Below, in pieces: positions 27,517-37,164 of a stretch of DNA of 64,000 bases. How positions within the stretch are numbered: position 1 is the stretch's first letter; the number at the start of each line of letters is the position of its first letter. Position numbers and translations under genes: made by a program. The stretch is taken from assembly GCA_964596225.1 (NCBI GenBank), contig CAZQUB010000001.1, positions 8,944 to 72,943 of the forward strand. The letters run 5' to 3'. The notes beneath the pieces were generated by a model. It had not been told where the DNA came from, ran no database searches, and saw nothing but the letters and a program-made list of their open reading frames with translations. Source of the stretch: an uncultured Acidimicrobiaceae bacterium (GTDB lineage Bacteria; Actinomycetota; Acidimicrobiia; Spongiisociales; UBA5794).

Positions 27517-28016
27517 GCCTTCTCCCCCACGGCCGCGATCTCCTCGACGTAGGTCTCGATGACGTCCCCGGTGGTGGCGTCCACCCGCACCAGGCCCCGC
27601 GAACTCGGCGGCTCGTCGGCGGAGAACACCAGCACGTTCCACACCGGGCGTGCCCGCCACCCGTCGAAACCCACCGTCGCCGAGGCGTGCCCGATCGGGA
27701 ACGCGGCGGCCCGGTTGGCGGCTTCGAGTGCCGTCTCCTCGCGGATGGCGAGATGCCAGCCGGCCAGGTGGTGGTAGACGGCGATGGCCACGAACCCCGT
27801 CACCGCGCTCCACATCGCGATCGGGAGGCCGGCCAGGATCCCCCCGGAGGTGACGGCGGCCGCGATCCAGTAGACGACGGCGGCACGATGCCTGCGGGCC
27901 GGATCGGGGACCGCGTACTCGGTCAGGTTGCCGGCGTCGAGGTCGGACGGCATCTCGGCCGCTGCCGCCACGTCCGCCGGGACGGGAATCTGCGGCATGG
28001 CGGGACGCTCGGTCAT
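27513..28016 (-). CDS. Hypothetical membrane protein (166 aa) coupled downstream of the MMPL transporter
   Basis: The internal start MTERPAMPQIPVP... overlaps the MMPL stop as ATGA. Two predicted TM helices are present (AAVVYWIAAAVTSGGILAGLPIAMWSAVTGFVAIAVYHHLAGW). The track N-terminal 183 aa is an out-of-frame overlap with the MMPL gene. Confidence 0.5.
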   Translation of the reverse strand: MTERPAMPQIPVPADVAAAAEMPSDLDAGNLTEYAVPDPARRHRAAVVYWIAAAVTSGGILAGLPIAMWSAVTGFVAIAVYHHLAGWHLAIREETALEAANRAAAFPIGHASATVGFDGWRARPVWNVLVFSADEPPSSRGLVRVDATTGDVIETYVEEIAAVGEKA

Positions 28017-30616
28017 GCCTCGGCGCCCTCCTCGGCGACGTCGAGGTGCAGCAGCGCCTCGTCGACGGCGGCTTCCCCGCGCTTGAGGTGCCAGCGGTCC
28101 CACACCAGCAGCAGCGACGGCAGCACGAGCACCGACCCGACGAGGGCGAAGATGATCGCCCAGAACGTCACCTCGCCGAACTGCTGGAACGGCTTGAGCG
28201 ACGAGGTGACGAGGATCCCGAAGCCGGCCGCGGTCGTGAACGCCGAACCGGCGAGGGCGCCACCGGTGTGAGTCGTGGTGGAACGGATCGCTTCTTCGGG
28301 AGTGTCGAAGCGGAGCCGATCCTCCTGGTAGCGGTGGGTGATGTGGATCGTGTAGGGCACCCCGATGCCGATGGCGAGGTTGGCGATCATGGCGGTGATC
28401 GGATTGAAGGGAATGCCGCGGGCGGCCATGATCCCGAACACGAGCAGCACGATCAGCGCCACCGGCAGGATGGTGATGACGCCGAGGAACGGGCGGCGCG
28501 ACTCGAACCAGAAGTTGAGGACGAGGACGAGGCCGGCGACCAGGATCGTGAGGCCCAGAGACCACAGCTGGGAGTCCTGGAGTGCCCGCGCCACCCCCTG
28601 ACTGATGATGTTCTGATTGGTGGCGACGGTGGTCGCCCCCGCGTCCCGTACCGGGGTGAACGCTCTCTGGAGGTCGTCGCGAAGTTGGAGGGCGTCCGTC
28701 TCCCCCGCCTGGGTGGATACGCCCGCGTCGATGTATCGGAATTGCCCGTTCACCTCGGCAACGACGCGGCGCATGGCGTCGGGAGCGACCTCCATCGCGG
28801 CTCGGTAGAGCGCGTCGACGTCGGTGCCGGCGGCGACGGTCAGGTCGGGCTGGAGCCCGGCGGCGAACGCGGCCTCGGAGAAGGCCGGGTCGTACGTTTC
28901 GGGGTCACCGCCCAGGTCGGGCGGCACCGCCAGTTGGGCGATCACCGACACCGGAGAGTCGGCGGCCGCCACATTCCCGAACTTCACGACGTCGGGGGTG
29001 TCGGCGAGGTTGGCCCATGCCGCGACGAGGCCGTTGTACACGGCCGGCGTGGCGACGTCGCCCTCCACGATGACGTCGGTCTCCTCGCCGAAGCCGCCTC
29101 CGAACTCGTTGACGATCGTGTGGTAGGTGGCCAGGGCCGGGGCGTCGTCGGGAAGGAAGTCGGTGAAGCTGAACTCGGTGTTGAGTTCGGTGAAGCCGTA
29201 CACGCCGGCGCCGCTCGCCAGCAGTGCCAGGATCAGCATCACGCCCGAGAAGCGTTCCGCCAGGACCGAGGTGCTTCCCATGATCTTGGGGAGCATCCGT
29301 TCGCTCTGGTGGCCGAACGCCTCACGGACCAGCTTGCCTTTGGCTTCGGCGCGCCGGTCGAGCAACACCCGGGCCGACGGCACGACGGTGAGCATGAGCA
29401 AGAACGCCGAGCTGATCCCCACCGCTGCCAGGACGCCGAAGTCGGCAATGGCCGAGATGGGGTTGACCACGTTGGTGAGGAAACCGATCGAGGTGGTGAC
29501 GGTGGCGAGCACCAGCGCGATGCCGACGGTGCGGGTGGCGCGGGAGGCGGCCCGGGTCACCATGGAACCGGCGCCGATTTCCTCCCGGTAACGGGCCGTC
29601 ATGTGGATGGCGTAGTCGACGCCGAGACCGATGAGCAGGATCGGCAGGATCTGCAGGATCTCGTTGAAGGCGCCGATCAAATTGAGGTATTTCGGCCCGA
29701 GGATGACGCCGATGCCGTTCATCCAGAAGATCGACATGGTGATCACGAGCATGGTGAGCCCCATGTCGGCCAGGGCTCTCCGCAACGACGCCCACCACGT
29801 CATCCGTCCCTTGGGGTGGATCCAGTACACGAAGAGCAGGATGAGCACGATGATGAGGAAGGCGGTGGCGAAGAGCCGGCCGATCTCGGACTGGAACTGG
29901 TCGACATTCGAGAAGAGCAGGGCGAAGCTGAAGGCGGAGGCGTCGGTGGCGGTGGTGGGGACGGCCGCCACCGCTTCGGACATGTCGACTTCCTTGGCCT
30001 GCAGGATCGTCTGGTCCGGATCGTCCAGCCCCGAGACGTTGAGGAAGGCCACCATCAGCCCGGTGTCGGCGCGGGCCTCCGCCAGGTCGGATCCTTCACC
30101 GAGGAGGCCGCCGAAGAGTTCGGCGGTGTCGGGCGGGAGTTGGGCCACGGCCTGCCGGAAGCCGTTCTTCACGTCTGTGTCGGTGATGGCGGCCACCATC
30201 GCCTCGAACGGGACACCGGTCGATTCGGCTCGCATCTGCATTCCCTGCAGCAGCGGGTCGAAGTAGCCGACGATGTCGCCTCCCGGGCGCCCCTTGAGCA
30301 GGTCCGCGACGTCGCTGTGCTCGATGGCGTTGCGCACCGCCACGTAGTCGCGCAGTCCGTCGGCGGTGAGGAGGTCGCCGTTGCGAGCGGTCATGACGAT
30401 CTGGACCGGCTCCTCGGAATTCTCGGCGAAGTATTCCGAGATGGTGTCGAGGGCGAGGAACTCCGGGGAGTCGGGCGAGAAGCCCTCGTTCCCGGACGCC
30501 GTCTCCTGCTGGAGCATGAACACGAAGAACACGGCCGTGAGCAGCAGCGACCCGATGAGGACGGCCCACGGGTGGCGCCGGACGGCAGCAGCGAGGAACT
30601 TGACCAGTTGCTTCAC
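28013..30616 (-). CDS. MMPL/RND superfamily membrane transporter
   Basis: The 867 aa product has two 6-TM bundles, each followed by a large extracytoplasmic domain. It matches the MMPL family layout and conserved motifs (GVDYAIH, GIGVPYTIHI). Confidence 0.85.
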   Translation of the reverse strand: MKQLVKFLAAAVRRHPWAVLIGSLLLTAVFFVFMLQQETASGNEGFSPDSPEFLALDTISEYFAENSEEPVQIVMTARNGDLLTADGLRDYVAVRNAIEHSDVADLLKGRPGGDIVGYFDPLLQGMQMRAESTGVPFEAMVAAITDTDVKNGFRQAVAQLPPDTAELFGGLLGEGSDLAEARADTGLMVAFLNVSGLDDPDQTILQAKEVDMSEAVAAVPTTATDASAFSFALLFSNVDQFQSEIGRLFATAFLIIVLILLFVYWIHPKGRMTWWASLRRALADMGLTMLVITMSIFWMNGIGVILGPKYLNLIGAFNEILQILPILLIGLGVDYAIHMTARYREEIGAGSMVTRAASRATRTVGIALVLATVTTSIGFLTNVVNPISAIADFGVLAAVGISSAFLLMLTVVPSARVLLDRRAEAKGKLVREAFGHQSERMLPKIMGSTSVLAERFSGVMLILALLASGAGVYGFTELNTEFSFTDFLPDDAPALATYHTIVNEFGGGFGEETDVIVEGDVATPAVYNGLVAAWANLADTPDVVKFGNVAAADSPVSVIAQLAVPPDLGGDPETYDPAFSEAAFAAGLQPDLTVAAGTDVDALYRAAMEVAPDAMRRVVAEVNGQFRYIDAGVSTQAGETDALQLRDDLQRAFTPVRDAGATTVATNQNIISQGVARALQDSQLWSLGLTILVAGLVLVLNFWFESRRPFLGVITILPVALIVLLVFGIMAARGIPFNPITAMIANLAIGIGVPYTIHITHRYQEDRLRFDTPEEAIRSTTTHTGGALAGSAFTTAAGFGILVTSSLKPFQQFGEVTFWAIIFALVGSVLVLPSLLLVWDRWHLKRGEAAVDEALLHLDVAEEGAEA

Positions 30617-30728
30617 AGGTTGGTCCCTTCAGGCGAGCGGTGACAGCGATGGTGAGGTGGGTAGCCGCAGCATACGCGCCGTCGGGCTCAGGGCAAGTTC
30701 ACCCAGCCTCGCCACGGTCGACCGCAGC

Positions 30729-32666
30729 TCAGCGCGGCGCGGCGCACAGCGCGAGCAACTCGGCCAGAACGTCGTCCCGCGCCACCCCGCGTCGCTCCTG
30801 ATCCTCACCGCGCATGCGGAGGCCGACCGTGCCGCCCTCGACGTCCTGATCGCCGACGACGAGGACTGCCGGGTGCTTCTGCGTGATGGCACGACGGATC
30901 TTCTCGCCGACGGTGTCGTCGTGGTCGTCGACCTCGACCCGCAACCCGGCCTCCTTCAGCTGGGCCTGGACGGCACGGGCGTAGTCGTGGTGACGGTCGG
31001 CCACGGGCACGATCGTCGCCTGCACAGGGGACAACCATCCCGGGAACGCCCCGGCGTAGTGCTCGACGAGGATCCCGACGAAGCGCTCGATCGACCCCAT
31101 GAGGGCACGGTGGATCATGACCGGCCGCTCGCGGGTGTTGTGATCGGTGGCGTAGAGCAACTCGAAGTTCTCCGGCTCGCCGAAGTCGACCTGGAGGGTG
31201 GAGAGCTGCCAGCGGCGGCCGATGGCGTCCCTCACGTGGACATCGATCTTGGGCCCGTAGAAGGCCCCCTCCCCCTCCGCCACCCGGTAGTCGAGGCCGG
31301 CCGCTTCGAGGGCGAGATGGAGCGCCTCCTCGGCCTTCTCCCACGCCGCGTCCGAACCGATGTACTTCTCCGGGTCTTTGGTGGAGAGATCGGCCTCGAA
31401 CTCGGTGAACCCGAAGTCCCGCAGCACCATCAGGGTGAAGTCGAGCAGGTTCTGCAGCTCGGCGACGATGTCCTTCTCCTCGATGAAGATGTGGCTGTCG
31501 TCCTGCGTGAAGCCTCGGGCTCGCATCAGGCCGTGGATGACCCCGGATCGCTCGTAGCGGTACACGGTGCCCAACTCGAAGAGACGCAGCGGCAACTCCC
31601 GGTAGCTGCGGCCCCGGCTCTGGAAGATGAGGATGTGGAACGGGCAGTTCATCGGCTTCATCCGGTACTCGGTCTGCTCGTCGAGCACCATCCCGGGAAA
31701 CATCCCCTCCGCATACCAGTCGAGGTGGCCGGAGGTCCGCCACAGCTCGGCCTTCGCCACATGTGGTGACGCCACGATCTGGTAGTCGTGGGCGAGGTGG
31801 GTCCGGCGGCTGTAGTCCTCGATGATGGTGCGGAGCAGACCGCCCTTCGGATGCCACACCGCCAACCCGCTGCCGAGCTCCGGAGGGAACGAGAAGAGTT
31901 CCAGCTCCATGCCGAGCTTGCGATGGTCGCGGCGCTCCGCCTCCTCGAGGCGCTCCAGGTACGCCTCGAGTTCCTGGCGCGATTCCCACGCGGTGCCGTA
32001 GATGCGTTGCAGCTGCGGCTTGGTCTCGTCACCGCGCCAGTAGGCGCCGGCGCTGCGCATCAGCTTCACCGCAGGGATCCGGCCGGTGGAAGGCACGTGG
32101 GGCCCGCGGCACAGATCGACGAAATCCCTGTTGCGGTACACCGACACTTCCGAGTCGCCTGCGCCCTCGGTCTCCTCGACCCCCTTGATGATTTCGGCCT
32201 TGAACGGCTGATCGGCGAAGACGGCCAGGGCCTCATCGGTCGACAGGACCTCGCGCTCGAACGGCTGGTCCTCCGAGATGATCTCGGCCATGCGGGCCTC
32301 GATGCGTTCCAGATCTTCGGGGGTGAACGGCTCATCCACCTCGAAGTCGTAGTAGAAGCCATCGGTGATGGGAGGCCCGATGGCGAACGAGGCCCCCGGG
32401 AAGAGGTCGAGCACCGCCTGGGCCATCACGTGGGCAGCCGAATGGCGGATGATGTGGCGCCCTTCCTCGGTGTTGGCCGTCACGACGGTGACCGTCCCGT
32501 CGGCGGTGATGGGACGGGTCAGGTCGATCGGTTGGCCCTCCAGCTCGACCGCCACCGCCGCCTTGGCGAGGCGGGGCCCGATGCTGGAAGCGACCTCGCG
32601 ACCCGTGACGCCCTCGGGATACTCCCGAGTCGAGCCATCCGGGAAAGTCAGGTGCACGGCCGCCAT
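30729..32666 (-). CDS. thrS: Threonyl-tRNA synthetase
   Basis: The internal start MAAVHLTFPDGSTREYPEGVTG is the TGS domain. SAAHVMAQAV is the editing domain, and the class II core and anticodon-binding domain follow. A GAGGA Shine-Dalgarno sequence lies 6 nt upstream. The track ORF 30729..32891 is N-extended. Confidence 0.9.
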   Translation of the reverse strand: MAAVHLTFPDGSTREYPEGVTGREVASSIGPRLAKAAVAVELEGQPIDLTRPITADGTVTVVTANTEEGRHIIRHSAAHVMAQAVLDLFPGASFAIGPPITDGFYYDFEVDEPFTPEDLERIEARMAEIISEDQPFEREVLSTDEALAVFADQPFKAEIIKGVEETEGAGDSEVSVYRNRDFVDLCRGPHVPSTGRIPAVKLMRSAGAYWRGDETKPQLQRIYGTAWESRQELEAYLERLEEAERRDHRKLGMELELFSFPPELGSGLAVWHPKGGLLRTIIEDYSRRTHLAHDYQIVASPHVAKAELWRTSGHLDWYAEGMFPGMVLDEQTEYRMKPMNCPFHILIFQSRGRSYRELPLRLFELGTVYRYERSGVIHGLMRARGFTQDDSHIFIEEKDIVAELQNLLDFTLMVLRDFGFTEFEADLSTKDPEKYIGSDAAWEKAEEALHLALEAAGLDYRVAEGEGAFYGPKIDVHVRDAIGRRWQLSTLQVDFGEPENFELLYATDHNTRERPVMIHRALMGSIERFVGILVEHYAGAFPGWLSPVQATIVPVADRHHDYARAVQAQLKEAGLRVEVDDHDDTVGEKIRRAITQKHPAVLVVGDQDVEGGTVGLRMRGEDQERRGVARDDVLAELLALCAAPR

Positions 32667-32748
32667 TGCGTTTCCTCTCAGGTGAATGGTCGGTAAGGGT
32701 ACCGCGAATCCCGCCACGCCAGCCCGAAGCGTGGGAGAATGCACCCAG

Positions 32749-33645
32749 GTGCCGCGAGCGGAAGGTATCGGTTTGGAGACACTGCGGATCGCGGAGCGCC
32801 TCGCCAAGGGGGGGCGTGTCCAGGAGCTGTCGAGCATCGAGCGCGCCCTCGGAGCCAATCGCGTGTACCGGTTGTGGTCGGATGACGGCACCCGGGTTGC
32901 GAAGGTCTACGGAACGCCGGCCCGAGACCGGCGGGAGCGCCACGCCCTCGAAGCCCTCCACGACCTGCCGGGCATGCCGGCCCTCCTCGAACGCGGCACC
33001 GACGACGAAACCCACTGGGCCATTTTCGAAGACGCAGGGCGTTGGAGCCTCGGGACCCTTCCCGAGAATCCGGGCCTGGCGAAGAAGGCGGGTGAGATCC
33101 TCCGCAGCATCCACGACGCTCCCCCGGAGCGGGTCTCCAACCTGGCTCGGGGCATCGATCAGGAGTGGGTCACGGTCGATTTCCTCTCGACCTTCCGGCG
33201 CCTCGAGCGGTACCGGGGACGCCTCGGTCTCTCCGCCGAGACGGTGGCGGAGGCGCGCACCGTCCGTCCGCCCTACGCCTCTTCTCCGCGGATCGCCCAC
33301 ACCAACACCGTGCCGGAGAACTTCCTCGTCGACGACAAGGGCAAGGTGACGTTGATCAACTGGGAGTGGGCCACCCTCGCCCCCCCGGAGTGGGACCTGT
33401 CCAAGGCCACCTGGCTCATCGGACTCCAGGCCGGCCCCAATGCCGCCGCCGCATTCCAGGACGGGTACGGCAAGCATCTGGAGCGGGGGCAGCTCGACCG
33501 GTGGACCGTCTACCACGCCGGGATGATGCTGGTGTACACGGCCGAGAACTCGATGCGGAGCGGCCTCACCGACTACGGGTATCTCGTCGCCGAGCTTCGC
33601 CGTGCCGTCACCGGTTCGATCGCCGAGCCCGAGCCCCCTTCCTGA
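32749..33645 (+). CDS. Aminoglycoside/choline-kinase-like phosphotransferase (APH family)
   Basis: It has the kinase-like catalytic loop HTNTVPENFLVDDKGKVTLINWEW (Brenner motif H-x-D-x4-N) and the upstream Lys (RVAKVYG). I placed the start at the GTG at 32749, which follows GGGAGA. Confidence 0.7.
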   Translation: MPRAEGIGLETLRIAERLAKGGRVQELSSIERALGANRVYRLWSDDGTRVAKVYGTPARDRRERHALEALHDLPGMPALLERGTDDETHWAIFEDAGRWSLGTLPENPGLAKKAGEILRSIHDAPPERVSNLARGIDQEWVTVDFLSTFRRLERYRGRLGLSAETVAEARTVRPPYASSPRIAHTNTVPENFLVDDKGKVTLINWEWATLAPPEWDLSKATWLIGLQAGPNAAAAFQDGYGKHLERGQLDRWTVYHAGMMLVYTAENSMRSGLTDYGYLVAELRRAVTGSIAEPEPPS

Positions 33646-33714
33646 TCGGTCCTGGGTCCTCGCGATCCGCTCTGCTCCGCCGTACCATGGCGTGAGGTCG
33701 ACGAAGGGTCAGCG

Positions 33715-33957
33715 ATGTTGATGGTCGGTCACATGGTCAGCCTCCTCACGGGACGTGGCGTCATGGTCGACGGCACCCCGGCCACGATCGAGGACGGAAC
33801 CGCCGTCTCGAGCGGCATCGTCGCCATCGAGGACGATGAGGTCCCTCCCGATCTGCCGTGCCCCTGGTGCCTGGCCCCCACCGAGGAGAGCGATGTGAGC
33901 TGCCCCTCCTGCGGGGAGCATTTCGGGCCGTTCAGCCCGCCTCGTACTCTCGGTTGA
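33715..33957 (+). CDS. Small zinc-ribbon protein (80 aa)
   Basis: A C-terminal CPWC-x13-CPSC four-Cys motif is present. AAGGG lies 6 nt upstream of the ATG. The gene sits in a 290 bp gap between the APH and mshD genes. Confidence 0.4.
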   Translation: MLMVGHMVSLLTGRGVMVDGTPATIEDGTAVSSGIVAIEDDEVPPDLPCPWCLAPTEESDVSCPSCGEHFGPFSPPRTLG

Positions 33958-34828
33958 TCAGCCGCGTCCGGAACCCCAATCCCCGGTAGAGGCCGAGTCC
34001 CTCCGCGTTCGCGGCGTCCACGTAGAGCATGGCGGTCGACGCCCCCTGGCGGCGGTGAAGGTCGTCGAGTCCGGCGACGACCAGTGCCACCCCGAGACCT
34101 CGTCCCCGCGCCTCCGGACGGACCCCGATCGTGTAGATCTCGCCGGTGCCGTCGGGGTGCAGCTTCGTCCAGCAACTCCCGACGAGGGAGTCCCCGTCCC
34201 GGGCCATCAAGAGGCCCGCCGGATCGAACCAGGGCTGGGCCAGCTTCCGCTCGAGATCCTGGAGGGTGAGCGCCCCGTTCTCGGGATGGCCCTCGAATGC
34301 CGCGTTGTTGGCCGCCAGCCACGCCTCCTCGTCGACGCCGGGTCGGAACTGGTCGAGATGGATCCCGGGCGGGAGCGGCGCCTCGTGGTGGAGGGGAAGG
34401 GGGCGCCGCATCTCGTGCAGGGCCCGGGTCGCGACCCAGCCCTGCCGGGCGAGGGCGGCCTCCGTGAAGGGGTCCCATGCCCAGGCGGTGGTCCGCCCTT
34501 CGTCCTCGACCTGTGCCACCGCCGCCGCGAACAGGAGGTCGATCACGTCATCGGAGCGAGCCGCCGGATGGACGGCCGTCTCGATGGCCCAGTGGCCGCT
34601 GCCCCCGGTCCGTCCCGGGTGATGCCAGGCGGCCTGCCCGTACCCCACGAGGTCGCCGTCCTCGGTCTGCACGACCACGGCACGAGCCTCGTCGTCGCCG
34701 ACGAGGTGGAGGTACTTGTGCTCGGAGAGCCCCGGGTGGCCGTCGTGGTCGGCGATGGCCGCCAGGAGGGCCTCGACGCCGGGGCGATCGGCGGGGACCA
34801 TGGGCCGCAACGTGAGCGAGGATGCCAT
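33932..34828 (-). CDS. mshD: Tandem-GNAT acetyltransferase, mycothiol synthase MshD-like
   Basis: Two GNAT domains are present. The second carries the Q/R-x2-G-x-G/A motif (VRPEARGRGLGVAL). The architecture and length (298 aa) match MshD. The start is MASSLTLRPMVPADRPGV. Confidence 0.7.
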   Translation of the reverse strand: MASSLTLRPMVPADRPGVEALLAAIADHDGHPGLSEHKYLHLVGDDEARAVVVQTEDGDLVGYGQAAWHHPGRTGGSGHWAIETAVHPAARSDDVIDLLFAAAVAQVEDEGRTTAWAWDPFTEAALARQGWVATRALHEMRRPLPLHHEAPLPPGIHLDQFRPGVDEEAWLAANNAAFEGHPENGALTLQDLERKLAQPWFDPAGLLMARDGDSLVGSCWTKLHPDGTGEIYTIGVRPEARGRGLGVALVVAGLDDLHRRQGASTAMLYVDAANAEGLGLYRGLGFRTRLINREYEAG

Positions 34829-34916
34829 GGCGGCGCACCCTACCCGTCCCGCCTGCGCCCGCCGCCGCACACCGCTGCGCCCATCAGCCGCGGCGCCGGG
34901 CGTAACCTACCTCCTC

Positions 34917-35888
34917 GTGAGTTCGGTGGGCTTGGTACTCGGCGGAGGCGGCATCACCGGCGCCGCCTACCAGTTCGGCACGTTGATCGCACTGGAGATG
35001 GCGACCGGTTGGAGCCCGAATCGCGCCGACGTCATCGTCGGCACCTCCTGCGGCGCCTTGGCGGCCGCCATGGTGCGCGGCAACCAGGCGACCCTCGAGA
35101 CCTTGGTGGGTGATGCCCGCACCGACGAGGACGCTGCCGCATTCCTGCGGGAGAAGGTGTACCGCCGGACCCGGCCCCGTGGCGTGGTCCGCTGGGTGCG
35201 GCGGGGCGTCCTTCCCGGTCTGCGCCATCCGGATCTCAGGCTCGTCCTCGGGAGCCCTGCCCTCTACAGCACCGTCGGCCTTTCCGAGTGGCTGGAGGAA
35301 CGACTCGGCGCCCTTGCCGAGTCCTGGCCGGATCGTCCCACCGTGATCGTCGCCTACGACCTCGCCGGGCGTCGCCGCGTCCCATTCGGCACGGAGGCGG
35401 CGCCGCCGGTCAGCCTCAAGCGTGCCGTAGCGGCGTCCACCGCGGTGCCGTTCCTGTTCCAGCCCGTGAAGATCCGGGACCGCTGGTACGTCGACGGCGG
35501 GATCGCCAGCGGCACGTCGGTCGATCTGGTGCTGGCCAATCCGACGCCGCTCGACCTCGTCATCGTCATCGCCCCGATGGCGGCACCCGAAACCCGCCCC
35601 CACGCCCGCTTCTTCGAAGGGATGTTCGACCGCGCCGGGCGAGCGGCACTCGAGGCCGAGGTGGCCGTGCTGAAAGAAGCGTGGCCGGAGACCGACGTCC
35701 TCATCCTCCGCCCGGACCAGCGGGTGATGGAGGAGGCGCGGCGCAATCCGATGTCGGCTGAGGCGGCAGTCCCGGCGTTCCTGCGGACCCTCGGCTCACT
35801 GCGCGAGGAGCTGGGTCACCAGGAGACGTGGGCGACCCTGCAGCGCCACCTCATGGACGAGACGGGTGTGACTCGCGTCAGGGATTGA
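34917..35888 (+). CDS. Patatin-like phospholipase
   Basis: It has the glycine-rich oxyanion motif GGGGITGAAYQFG, the serine lipase motif GTSCGA (GxSxG), and the catalytic DGG dyad motif (YVDGGIAS). The start is uncertain; I chose the GTG at 34917. The track ORF begins at 34716 and overlaps the mshD start. Confidence 0.7.
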   Translation: MSSVGLVLGGGGITGAAYQFGTLIALEMATGWSPNRADVIVGTSCGALAAAMVRGNQATLETLVGDARTDEDAAAFLREKVYRRTRPRGVVRWVRRGVLPGLRHPDLRLVLGSPALYSTVGLSEWLEERLGALAESWPDRPTVIVAYDLAGRRRVPFGTEAAPPVSLKRAVAASTAVPFLFQPVKIRDRWYVDGGIASGTSVDLVLANPTPLDLVIVIAPMAAPETRPHARFFEGMFDRAGRAALEAEVAVLKEAWPETDVLILRPDQRVMEEARRNPMSAEAAVPAFLRTLGSLREELGHQETWATLQRHLMDETGVTRVRD

Positions 35889-36612
35889 CCTCGCGCAGTT
35901 CTTCGAGCAGCCGATCGACCTTCCCGACCAGGTCTCCCTCACCCTCCGACTCGTCGTCGCCCTCCTCGGTCGCCTCGACCGCGTCGGCCTCGGCCTTCTC
36001 GGTGACCTTGCGACGTTCGTTGACGACGTCGGGGGTCTCTCTGGTCTCGGTGATGGCCTCCAGCAGCGTGCCCCGCGCCTGTTCGAGTTGCGGGACGGCA
36101 TCGTCCGCGATCGAACGCAGCATCTGCTCGGTGTCTTCCACGACGCTGCTCAGCGCTTCGAGGCGCTGCAGCAGCACCGCGTTCGCCTCGAGGACCGACC
36201 GTGCCATGGCATCGGTTTCCTTCTGGCTGGCCGCCATGAGTTCGTCGGCCTCCCGTGTCGCTGCGGCGACGGTGTTCTTGGCTTCCCTCTCCGAGCCGAG
36301 CAGCAGTTCCTTGGCCCGCTCGGTGGCGGAGGCCACCGTCTCCTCGGCCTCGGCCTTGGCCGCCGCCAACATCTCCTCTTTGGCTTGGGTCGCGGCCACC
36401 AGGGTGAGGCGAAGCGCTTCCTCGGAGCCGCGTGCTTCGCCGATCTCTCCCTCGAGACGCTCGATCGTCGCCGTCATCTCGGCCAGTTCCCGGTCGCGCC
36501 GCTCCATCTCGTTGGCGATCTCCTCGATGAACGTTTCGACTGCGGGGACTTCGAATCCGCGCTTGACGATCTCGAACCGCTGCTCCCGAATCTGTGCTGC
36601 GTCCAACTCCAC
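35878..36612 (-). CDS. DivIVA domain protein
   Basis: The N-terminus aligns to the Wag31/DivIVA N-terminus (VELDAAQIREQRFEIVKRGFEVPAVETFIEEI). A long coiled-coil and an acidic tail follow. I placed the start at the GTG at 36612; upstream ORF sequence is low-complexity. Confidence 0.7.
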   Translation of the reverse strand: MELDAAQIREQRFEIVKRGFEVPAVETFIEEIANEMERRDRELAEMTATIERLEGEIGEARGSEEALRLTLVAATQAKEEMLAAAKAEAEETVASATERAKELLLGSEREAKNTVAAATREADELMAASQKETDAMARSVLEANAVLLQRLEALSSVVEDTEQMLRSIADDAVPQLEQARGTLLEAITETRETPDVVNERRKVTEKAEADAVEATEEGDDESEGEGDLVGKVDRLLEELREVNP

Positions 36613-36887
36613 GACCTCACCTCTCGCTGCTCCGGGCACGCTCTCCCGGTCTCCCGGCGCCGATCCTTCCCGTCCCCCGGCCGGTCGGAGAATCGGCTTC
36701 GGTCCCCCGATCGGACCACGCGTCGGTGCGAGCCGCGAATGAGTCGCCCGACCCGTAGACATACGGCATCTCGGCCGTCTACTTTGAGTGAAACTACTGA
36801 GAGTGGTTTGGGGACCCGTCTGAGGCCCCGTGAGAACGCCAGCGTAGGGATACCATGACTACGAGAATCGTTGTGAGGATCCAGCAG

Positions 36888-37031
36888 ATGCTGCGCCACC
36901 AGGAGGGAGCGAGTCTCGTCGAGTACGCCCTTCTCCTCAGCTTGATCGCCATGGTGGCGTACATCGCGGTGATGGTCTTCGGTCAGAATCTCTCCACGAA
37001 ATACAGCGACATCGCCCAGACCCTTCCGTAG
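36888..37031 (+). CDS. flp: Flp/Fap family type IVb pilin (prepilin)
   Basis: This is not in the ORF track because it is under 60 aa; I read it directly from the sequence. The product is MLRHQEGASLVEYALLLSLIAMVAYIAVMVFGQNLSTKYSDIAQTLP. It has the Flp motif G|ASLVEY, including the conserved Glu-Tyr, followed by a hydrophobic helix. GAGGA lies 7 nt upstream of the ATG at 36888. An alternative upstream ATG at 36855 would give 58 aa. Confidence 0.7.
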   Translation: MLRHQEGASLVEYALLLSLIAMVAYIAVMVFGQNLSTKYSDIAQTLP

Positions 37032-37164
37032 GACCTGCGACGGCGCCGGACTTCGTTGGAGCGACGGTTTCGTTCCTGCCTCCGGGCATGTTTCGCGACG
37101 CGAGGAGCCCGACCTCGCCCGACGGAATCCCCCGGGGGCTCGTCGCGTCCGGGCCCCCGTGACA

